NCBI GenBank assembly: GCA_051294375.1
Contig: CM119267.1
Coordinates: 19,005,439 to 19,069,438, forward strand
DNA length: 64,000 nucleotides
Direction: 5' to 3'
Source: Paraspadella gotoi
Lineage: Eukaryota > Animalia > Chaetognatha
Every line of letters starts with the position of its first letter. Position 1 is the first letter of the stretch. Of the stretch, positions 54,711 through 64,000 are shown in pieces. The notes under the pieces are model-generated. The model did no database searches. It had not been told where the DNA came from and saw only the letters and a list, made by a program, of their open reading frames with translations. The translations under genes were made by a program, and so were the position numbers.

Positions 54711-57700
54711 CCTTGCGCGCGCTTCCTCTTCTTTTCTCCATATCTTTCCCTCCTCTCTCTTCGTCTCTTGCTCGTCAATACTGATTGGCTCGCCTTTTGG
54801 TGTATGGGTCCGCTCGGCTCCCTGGCTCGGATCGACCATTTTGCACCAATATTTAGTGACCGAAAAAGCAGTGGACAAAACGGTGAAATAATAATAGTTA
54901 ATCTAACGCAGATCTTTATTTTTGATATACAGAAATTTTGTATCAAAGGGAAGTTTACCTTTTGTGTAAAATTTAGAGACAGAAAAAAAAATATAAAAGA
55001 AATGAGAGTCCCAGTAAAAAAAAAGAGAAATTAAGAAATAGTGGTAGAGAGAACATAGGAGATTTTCGCAAAAATTAAAAAAGAAACCCAAAAAAAGCCG
55101 TTTTTTTTTCCTTTTGCGCCCTAAAATGGCGTCGCCGGCGGAAAATACAAAGGCGGATGAATCGGCACCGGAAATGAATTTGGTTACAAAATAAATAAAA
55201 AATTGTAGAGATTTTTCGATTCGTGTTCGGTCTGACATTCCCCACCGCCAACAAAATGAGTTTGAGGACTCTCAAACTAAGGCTCCGTGTAAGTCTGACT
55301 GAAATCTAGGTAAGTAAGACGGGGTGAAATGGTTGGGAAAGGAAAATATAATGCTAAGCGGCCTAAATCGCGCGGTAAAAAAAATTGGTCAACAGAGACG
55401 ATACAGGAGAGGCCCGGACGGTAGCGAGAAAGAGGAGGAAAAAGCGTGAATGAAAAAACCTAAACCCGCTGGACCTCGAGCCTGGGATCTCGGGAGGCAG
55501 GCGGGAGCCGCAGAGGCTATGAGAGAAATGATGAGGGACAAACGCGTTCGCATGATGGCGAAACCCTATTTCGGTTCTTTTCTGCGAGGAATCCCGCGCA
55601 CGGAACACGGATTCCCATGGAACACACATTTCTGTCTAATTTCATGCGCGAGCGAAAGAGAGAGAGAGAGACCGACGAGATTGAGCCAGAGAGAGACAGA
55701 GCGAGACTGAAGAGAAGAGAGAGTGACGAAGAGACGACTGACCCTGAGCAGAGAGAGAGAGAGAGAGGAGAAAGTAAAATAAGTAAGGAAAAACAGGAAA
55801 GAGAAGGAAGTGATACTGTAGTTCTGATTGCCTTTAAGACATGACTCTTAAACGTACTTTTTTAACCACACGATTCTCAACATTGACCTAAAACACATCA
55901 TCTATAAAATAATGCAATCCGCTTTTATTTTGCCGCTGCTACCGACCTCCATTCCAGAGTCACGTCCTTCATCCTGCCAATGGATGTCTCCGGATCCGGG
56001 TCACCGCAGACACAGAGGCGACGAGACGATAGAGAGACAGAGGACGTGGAAAACTATCAAGAAGGAAGACGAAGAGGAAAGGGAGACGGCAAGAAGAAGC
56101 AGCGGCAGAGGCAGGAGCATGCACGCACTGCGTGCCGCACGGTGGCGCCCTCAACTTTGACCCACATCCCACGAAATCCGACCCAAATAATAAGAACAGT
56201 CGACCATCGAGGCCCTCAAAAGACGAGAGAAGCACTTTTTACGATCCTGAAAGAGATTTTATTTTTCTATAATTCATTTCGATCCGGACGCCCGAGGAAA
56301 GTTAAAGCATTTTTGTCCGGAAATGTGGAAATTTTAAATTCTCCTGGAAGATCTCCCGCGTCGGTGTTTCCTCAACCGGCTCCAGTCGCGTAAATGGGAG
56401 ATTCGTCTAAAAGGTTGAGCAAGGGGAACTTAATGTCGAGGTGCATTTTTTAGTTAAGAGTTGTCTGAGATTGCATTATTTATGTTTATGTCAATAAAAA
56501 TAGTTGGTCGTTGTCCGGTCTCGTCGATTGTTGCTCGCATCCTCGTTAGAAGTTTACAATGCAGAAAAACCAAGCGAAAATAAGAGAAACAAATTGATAA
56601 TTATTGTTGCGAGACGCTTAATACACAAACGAACGACGACGAAACGACAAGACTAGGAAAGAGAGAAAGGATAAAGAGGACGACGCATGTCTATGTAAAA
56701 ATGTAACGATTAATTGGCATCATAAATGAAAATGAAACTCAAAATAATCGATTAAAAAGAGAGCATACAATAGATATGTCAAATACCCTAAACATTAAAC
56801 ATTCCCCGAACAGTAAAACGCCGGAGAAAAGAAGGTCGACAGCGAAAACGACATCCGAGCGCTCCGTTGACGACAACAACGACGAGAAAAACGCACGACG
56901 ACGACGTCGGACGACAAACAAACGACGACGAATTCCTCAAAGCAATCGATACTGACCCGAAACTTAAGCGCCAAATCGAGTGCCGAGTTATACGAAATGA
57001 AAAGAGCGGACAAGAAAATGGTGCTGAGAGAAAGAAAAGCCAATAGAGTACGAGGAGCAATACCTTTGATAATAACATAGATATTAGAAATAATAAAAAC
57101 ACTTGAAGGACATAAGAATCATTAAGGACATAAATATAGAAATAATAAAAACCTTGAAGACATAAGGTACAAGATATACAATATACTCACGTATACATAC
57201 GGTAAAACAGAGAGTTAAAATAAAATGAATTAAATCTTATACAGAGATTAAACTATAAAATTATATAATAGAACGTTTTAAGTTTTCATGGATGTTAGAA
57301 AACTAAAGAACTATAAATGACGGTGGTCGTCAAGTTCAAATATTGTTATAAACATTCCTAATTAGTGGCCTACTAGGAGGTAAAAATGTGAACACAAGTT
57401 TATACAAAAAAAAATGACGTAAATGTAAATACAACGTTAAACTGTCGTTCCGTCATCTCGATCTTTGCCCCGCAGAATCCGTTTTCCTACTACTAAAATT
57501 TGAAACAAGCTTTTTTTTCCCTTTCGGATATGTTTTTCCCATTCGCGTGACTCTATCTCTGATTTAGGCTCTTGATCGAGTAAAAGTATCGAGCTGAGTT
57601 GTTTTTACCATTTTTCTTCATTCCATCGAGTTGCAACAAGTGTCGTTTCTAACCCGGCGGTTGGTGCGCATAATAAGTCCTGAATATAAACAAATAAAAC

Positions 57701-57914
57701 CAAAAACTGACTTTAACAAACCAAAAAAAAAAAAACAATAAAACCTAAGTTAAACGCCCTGAAGTTTCTCCCTTTTCGCAGTTTTCGCCACGATTTTTTA
57801 AGCCGAAAATCTCCAGCCACCATTTTCTTTTTTTTTTTCCTGGACCCATGTTAATTTTCTGCAAAAATAAAAAAGAAACCCAAAAAAAGCCGTTTTTTTT
57901 CTCTTGCGCCTAAA

Positions 57915-57998
57915 ATGGCGTCGCCGCCGCGAAAATACAAAGCGGATGAAATCGGCACCGCGAAATGAAAAAAGAAGCCGCATGAATGCGGAGCCGAG
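57915..57998 (+). other. Probable first exon of the TIR gene (coding status unclear)
   Basis: YY1-like AAAATGGCG containing an ATG at 57915 and donor GAG|GTGAGC at 57999. This copy has an in-frame stop, but the duplicate at ~55126 reads MASPAENTKADESAPEM open. Confidence 0.4.
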
Positions 57999-58289
57999 GT
58001 GAGCGTCACGAGAACAAACAAAAAAAAAAAGTTGATAAAAAATTCGGTTAACTTTGCCTGTNNNNNNNNNNNNNNNNNNNNNNNNNCCTGGATTTTTTTC
58101 TTCTTTTTTTTACCCAAGTTTTTTTTGTTATTTATTTTTCTAGACGCGCGCGGGTATGTGTTTGTTGTTTGCAAGGTTTCGCGTTTAGTAAAATCCAACT
58201 AAAAACCTAAAATATGTTGTATTTTAAAATATAAAAATAGAAAAAATAGTATTAAAAAGAGACTCGTTAACCGATTCGCGTCATTTCAG

Positions 58290-58400
58290 GACCCAACATC
58301 TAATGCAGGATCCAGATCCAACGGCCGAGTGATGATCAGCTACTCGTGGAAGCCGGAATGTTCGTCCAAAGTCGCCGAAGTAATTCACTTACTTTTGAAG
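58290..58400 (+). CDS. TIR/fascin-like gene exon: TIR box 1
   Basis: Acceptor tcatttcag|, reads DPTSNAGSRSNGRVMISYSWKPECSSKVAEVIHLLLK, donor AAG|GTAAGT (phase 0). VMISYSW is the TIR beta-A motif. Confidence 0.82.
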
Positions 58401-59662
58401 GTAAGTCATATTGTTTTGGAAGAAGTAAATAAAAACGACAAACGCTCTCCTCGTAAAATCTTCGGGCAATTTCCCTTCTTTTTATGAAAGCCCCTCAGCA
58501 CCATAACCAATTCCATAAGCGCCGTATATTGCGCAATAAGACCTCTTTAAATGAACGTTTAATTCCACTACATCCGGTTGCCGCGCGGACAAGCGTCGAT
58601 TTCCGTATCATATTCAATCCCTGGCGCCGACCCCGCTCTCTCTTAAGCGGGACCCATAAAAACAGAGCCTCTTTTTCTGATTTGAGGCCAACAAAAGTCA
58701 GACTTTTTCTTTTTCGTCCATCAGATAAGAAAGAAGGAAGAAAGAATGATTCTTGGAGGAAAAGTGGAATTCGTTATGGCCGAGGAAAGTCTGGAAAGCG
58801 TGGGGCCAAGGCGGGGCTGGGACAAAGGGTCGAATATAGACAAAATAAGGGGGACGGTATTTTGTTTTTAAATAATTATTTGTATGTTCATTGAAACCTA
58901 AATAATGACATCGTATTTCCCATTAACACGTTCAATGACTATGGAACCGAAACGAGAGCGTTTGTGATGGAGTCAATAGTTTTGTTGTCATCATATAATT
59001 AGTTAATTTTGAAAAAGAAAAAAAAATATCAGAACATAAAAAAAATTATATTACAAACAGATACGAAAGAAAAGTAAACCTTTTTGTTTACAAACAACAA
59101 CAAACAACACAACGTTAAGAAAATAAACATGAACATAAACAAGTCTTTATCAGCGCAAAAAACACAGAAACACAACAAAAAAAAACAGAAACTTTTAATC
59201 TTTTAAATCTTTAAATAAAAAGTAAAAAAAGAGACACAACCGGGTCTCTTAACATCGTCGCCCTCATCTTTCATCAATTCGACCCGCATGTTTTCCTCCC
59301 TCGATCGAAGGGAAAGTCGGTTTTTCGACGGTAGCCGGAACTAGGGGCCCCGGATGTAACTAGCCCAGCCGATTTTCGGTCCGGCGGCGAGACTTCGTTT
59401 TCATCTGTCTCGGAGGAGGAGGAGGAGGAGGGCAGTTAATCGAGTTTTATTTTTATTTATAATTTTTAAGAATTTCAGGAGCTTTCTGACTCGATAGTCT
59501 CCGAGCGTCGTTTTAAAACTTGATCAAAATGTCACGTTTTTAACCATTATGTTTGTATTTTTTTTTATCAACTTTTCTTTAACTTTGTTTTTTTTATTTA
59601 ATCTTTCGTCGAATGACACTGTTCTTCTGTTCAAAACAATGTCCGACTGTTCTTTCGTTCAG

Positions 59663-59828
59663 GCTAATAACTACGACGTTTGGATCGACAAGGAGCAGAT
59701 GAGAGGAGACATGTCGGACAAGATGGAGGAAGCCGTGAGAACATCGGACGTCGTCGTCGTCGTCGTCAGCGAAAGATATCCCGAGAGCGCCAATTGCAAG
59801 AAGGAGTGCCAATACGCCAGTCAGATAG
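59663..59828 (+). CDS. TIR/fascin-like gene exon: TIR core
   Basis: Acceptor ttcgttcag|, reads ANNYDVWIDKEQMRGDMSDKMEEAVRTSDVVVVVVSERYPESANCKKECQYASQI, donor G|GTGGGG (phase 1). Typical TIR_2 pattern VWID...M..AV..S.VV..VS..Y..S.NC..E..YA. Confidence 0.88.
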
Positions 59829-60181
59829 GTGGGGACGCGAGATAAATCGTTTACGAAACAAAAGAGCCTCGATTGTAATGGGGAGAAATAAAAGATTATT
59901 TAAAATGTACGTTTTTAAAAGGTAGTTGAAATGCTCATTTTTTAAAGTAATTGAGGCGACTTACCACGGGCTTGACTCAGTAACGCTTTTTTTCCCTCTC
60001 TATCATAGTGCCGGTGAGACCAAATTCAAACTTTTATTTAACTTGCGGCATCAATCGCTGTCGACTTACACGAAAAAAATGTGATTTTGTTTTAATATTA
60101 AAAACAAATGGTCACGTTCCTAATACCTTCCACACGTCTCATCCAAATTCCCCATATTTCCATCTCGCCTTTCCATCCCAG

Positions 60182-60328
60182 ATGCCAATAAGATCCTCCC
60201 CGTCAAATGCAGCCCCTTCTGGCCCGAGGGAAACTGGCTCGCCTTCCTCCTTGCCGGAAAACTCTTCTACGACTTCGACGTCGCTGATTTCGCCCAAAAA
60301 GACGAAATCGGAAGAAAGTTTTTGAAAG
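60182..60328 (+). CDS. TIR/fascin-like gene exon: TIR C-terminal half
   Basis: Acceptor ccatcccag| (phase 1), reads (D)ANKILPVKCSPFWPEGNWLAFLLAGKLFYDFDVADFAQKDEIGRKFLK, donor G|GTAAGG (phase 1). It fits the ILPV...P.GWL..L..KLYYDF pattern. Confidence 0.88.
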
Positions 60329-60886
60329 GTAAGGTTTCGAGGTTTCGCCACTCTTTCGTGAGAAATTTCGATTGGTGTCTCTTGAAATTATTATTTTTAT
60401 GGTATTTAAGTTTTTTTTTTTTTTTTTTTTTTTTTTTGCATGTTGATCAAGATTTTCAGCCTCGTTTTTAAAACTTTGCGAATTTAAACTTCCCGCTCGA
60501 ACGACTAACCTAATGAGAAACCGATAATTTTTTTTTTGAGAAAATTCCGTCCATGCCTAGAAAAACCGTTAATCTCATTTACATATTGCGGCGAAAGCCT
60601 TCGAAGAGTTTGCGTTATTTTTTATGGTTGAGTCGGTCGGCGCTTTCATCCGCAAGAAATTTTTTTTTCTGGAAAAATCGTCAAGATAAAAAAAATAATT
60701 CCTAAAAATTTTTAGAATTAATTTTTACGAACTGTAAATTTATTAGATTCTTTCCTTGACGATAGTTTTCTGCATAAAAACTGAAATATTTTGTTTTCAA
60801 TTTGATCGTTCTCATTAAAATAGTTAAATTAAATTGAATTGTTGAATAAATAAATACACTATTTCAGTTTATTTATTTTCCCTCAG

Positions 60887-61771
60887 GCGTGGCCGAAATC
60901 ATCTCCAAAAAACAACAGACGAATTCCTTCGGCAAACCGTTCGCCGCCGTCGCGCCTCTTTTACAACCCACCACGCCCACCGCTCCAACGGCTCCCACCT
61001 CCGCTCCATCCGCTCCCCCTCTCTCCGACCCACAAAAGCCCACGGCCCGCTCCACCGCCGCTTCCCTCATGGACCTCGTCCCCTTCGCAATCGACCCAGT
61101 CGCCTACACATTCAAGGAATCCAACTTACCGGACGGCTGGTGGTTCTCGGCGCCGGAACCGTCGTCTCTCTCCATGACCTCGTCGCTCACGGTGGCGCTG
61201 CGTTCGACAACGTCGCGCGGCTGGTTCGTCGCGGAGCGTCGCAAGTTGTCCGCGGACCGCGATACGTCGGGACCGTGGGAAAAGTGGAAGCTGCAGATGA
61301 GAACCTCCGGCGGGGAGATTCTGACCGAGTCTGAGCGAATGGATGCCCTGAAGCTGCGGAAACAGCAGCTGGAAGCGGGGCATGTCAGCCAGCAGCTGTT
61401 TTCCCTGCAGTCGGCGCATGGCTCCTTCTTGGTGTGGGACGATCACGATCGACGCCCAAAGCTCGTGGAGACATCGCCGACGTCGCCCCTGCCGTCCAAC
61501 TGTCTCTTCGTCGTGAGACCGCGCCGTCCGCGGCGAAGGCGTTGGCGCTGAGGGACGATAGAGGTCGCTCTGCGCGTCCCCTCGTCGACGGTGACGCTGA
61601 AGACGGACTTGGCGGGACGCTGACGTTCGGGAAACTGACGGCGTGGTAGTGGTTTGTCGGCGGCGGCGAGTGGTTCTCCTCCGTGGCAGCACCCGGAATT
61701 CCATCTTGCAAAAGCCTAACGGCGGTGACTTTGCCGACGAGATTCAGGAATTCTTCCTCAAATCCTGGCAG
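60887..61771 (+). CDS. TIR/fascin-like gene exon: Pro/Thr/Ala linker plus fascin-like beta-trefoil repeats (frameshifted near 61520-61660)
   Basis: Acceptor ttccctcag| (phase 1). Motifs VALRSTTSRGWFVAERRKLSADRDTSGPWEKW and FSLQSAHGSFLV, then in shifted frames ALALRDDRGR and VVLLRGST...EFFLKSWQ up to donor CAG|GTGAAG. Confidence 0.72.
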
Positions 61772-61796
61772 GTGAAGAGAGAGAGAGAGGAGAGGG

Positions 61797-61831
<35 letters not shown>

Positions 61832-62479
61832 GAGAAGAGAGAGAGAGAGAGAGAGAGAAGGGTCACAATCCTGAATTCTTTATTTTTTTATCTTTTTAAT
61901 CTTTTTATTCGCCTTGCTTTCTTTTTTTTATTTTTACTTCTTTTTCTCTCCTTTTCTTTTTCTCTCTCTTTCAAATATCGTTTTAAAATCTCATTTTAAT
62001 TACAATTACAATTAGAGAGTCCGTAAAATTTTTCGCCTTTTCTCTCTGAGAATTTCGCTTTTTTCTTTTTTCTTCTTTTTTCCCTGTTTTTCTTAATATA
62101 CTTTGACACTTGACTTGAGAAAATAGACGACATGGATTTTCCATTAGTTGATAAAAATATCTTTACTCTTTACAAGCATTCTCTCAAATTATTTTCGAAA
62201 ATACCTTGCTACGTTATTTTTTTTTAATAATACCAAAAACAGTATTTACATAATCATACTGTTTATTTCAGTGCCGCTTGAAGTATAAATCGGTAAGAAA
62301 TGTCAACAGCATAATAGATTTTGTTTGTTAGATGCCACAAGTTAACTTTTTTCAGTTTGTTCAGGTTTCGATAATATAATGAATTTTATTAGGTCAGAAC
62401 TTCATAAGACGGTTAATCATCTTTTACAGCTAAAGATAAAACTAAAATAATTTAAATATACTTTATATATCGGTAAACA

Positions 62480-63010
62480 TTATTGAATAGGAAGCCAGGT
62501 ACTCTGGGAGTGAATACAAAGACTGTGAGAGAGTCTTGATTGAAAGCTTGCAGGGACCTGCTATTCATTATCTTGTAAGAGTGATGGAGCCTTAAACACC
62601 AAAGCCTGTCCAAAGTCAGGGGCAAGATAGCTTATTTATTAAATGAATGGATAATTTTATATATGGTTGTACCAATTTCATAAAAATTCAGCTCCTTTGC
62701 TATTCTTGATGCTAGTGCGAGCATACACATAAGTATTCCCGCGATCTAATACTTAAGGGAGTGGTCTTTTCATACAATTGAAACTATTCTTTGAAATAAT
62801 TTTTCCCACTTCATTGATAGGAAGCCAGGTACTCTGGAGTGAATAAACAAGACTGTGAGAGAGTTTGATTGAAAGCTCGCAGGGACCTGCTATGTCATTA
62901 TCTTGTAAGAGTGATGGAGGCCTTAAACCACCAAAGCCTGTCAAAGTCAGGGGCAGATAGCTTATTTATTAAATGAATGGATAAATTTTTTTTATTGGTT
63001 GTACAATTTC
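62480..63010 (+). repeat. Two tandem copies (~330-bp period) of a dispersed repeat also found at 21270-21540
   Basis: ataggaagccaggtactctgg occurs at 62487 and 62817; cttatttattaaatgaatggataa occurs at 62631 and 62961. Confidence 0.8.
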
Positions 63011-63465
63011 ATACAACACATACAACAAAATATATTTAGAAACCGGAGGCGACCTTTTTTTTATCTAATCGAGTTGGAATCTTTTTTAGCCAAAATATTT
63101 TATTTTCCGAATCGATTTCGATGGTCGGGACAAAATCCAAACAAAAACTTTGCCGAGTTTCGCCGCCGCGACGTGAAACAAAAAAGTTTATGTTCCGCGT
63201 GTAGTTCTTTAAGCGAATTCGTTTGTGATATAAAAAGAGTGAAGAGAGATTCAGAATTCATGAAAAAGAGTTAAAACAACTGATTGAATTATATAAACAT
63301 TCACTAAAAGCATCGATAGATTTATTTTTGTTAATATTCTACCGGTGTTTTGACTCCAAACTTTACAATTCACGGAATTGAAATATCTTTGGTATTTCAA
63401 ATAAATCTACAGCTGAATAGACAGAATAATTGTTACGAATAAGTGATAATACCTTTTAATATTAG

Positions 63466-63616
63466 CAGTCCCTGAGCTTCGGATCAGGCTGTAACACCGT
63501 GTAACAGGCGGGTTAAGCGCCAGTGCCTGTTAACTCTTATTCGGCCACCTTAGGGTTGGGAGGCGGATGAGTTGCCTCCTGAACCAATGGCCTCTGAAGT
63601 CCACCAGACAGCTTTT
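63466..63616. other. GC-rich intronic element with three predicted hairpins (candidate structured RNA or TE end)
   Basis: Stems read by eye: CCTGA/TCAGG around a cTTCGg loop, TAACAGGC/GCCTGTTA, and GGCCA..GGTT..GGAGGC/GCCTCC..AACC..TGGCC. Confidence 0.3.
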
Positions 63617-63667
63617 ATTAGGGGAACTCAATCGATCACATCCTTTCTTTTTCTCCCAAAATCACAG

Positions 63668-63840
63668 AAACACCCGGTGACTGTGAAGAGTCCTTTTCTC
63701 TTCGGACGATCCTACCTCGTCGCAGATTCTAACCAAGCGGAACCTCTCGTCCTATGCGCCTTTTTTACGGGATTTGAAAACGAAGCCATGTTGAGGACGA
63801 GGAAAGGAGCGATACTTATCTGCGATAAGGATAAAAACGG
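63668..63840 (+). CDS. Probable further exon of the TIR/fascin-like gene; the gene continues beyond the window
   Basis: Acceptor atcacag| (phase 0, matching the 61771 donor), reads KHPVTVKSPFLFGRSYLVAD...AMLRTRKGAILICDKDKN, donor GG|GTAAGT. The motifs resemble further fascin-type strands. Confidence 0.62.
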
Positions 63841-64000
63841 GTAAGTCTCTCTTCTCTCTCTCTCTCTCTCCTTCTCTCTCTCCCTTTATTGTCTTCTTTC
63901 CTCGCTTCTCCTCCCTTTCATTCTCTCCGTTTTCTGCCACACAAGCACTAGCTCCTTTATTTTCTTCCCTTCCCCGCTTCATAGTTTTTATTTCACTTTT

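Noticed and set aside
54710-55180. Bidirectional promoter (CCAAT box at 54781-54790 between the inverted TIR copy and AAAATGGCG at ~55123)
   Set aside because: Both sides duplicate the single 57860-58120 region in opposite orientations, so the head-to-head layout is probably chimeric.
60008-60325. 105-aa ORF from the ORF track
   Set aside because: Wrong frame; the real exon is 60182-60328 in another frame that continues the TIR domain.

Overview
Draft-quality eukaryotic scaffold, very probably animal, rich in (GA)n, (GAC)n and poly-T tracts and broken by many N gaps. At least nine gaps are exactly 25 N and several segments recur as direct or inverted copies full of scattered 1-bp indels, so much of the apparent duplication is probably long-read gap-filling or uncollapsed haplotype. 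Two spliced genes can be rebuilt by hand. (1) A + strand EF-hand rhomboid protease of the RHBDL1/RHBDL3 type has core exons at 26538-27616 and 28185-29129 and probable upstream exons at 10129-10180 and 13284-13493. It has an unusually long low-complexity N-terminus, and a frameshifted second copy lies at 37376-39952. (2) A + strand gene that the ORF track shows only in fragments has exons at 58290-58400, 59663-59828, 60182-60328, 60887-61771 and 63668-63840 and runs off the window. It encodes an N-terminal TIR domain with the NADase-type glutamate, a Pro/Thr/Ala linker and fascin-like beta-trefoil repeats, and is the most interesting item here. Also present are a DINE-1/HINE-like repeat family, a hAT-like MITE nested in one copy with an 8-bp TSD, a ~147-150 bp satellite array, and a compact three-hairpin intronic element. 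All calls come from manual reading; no searches were run.
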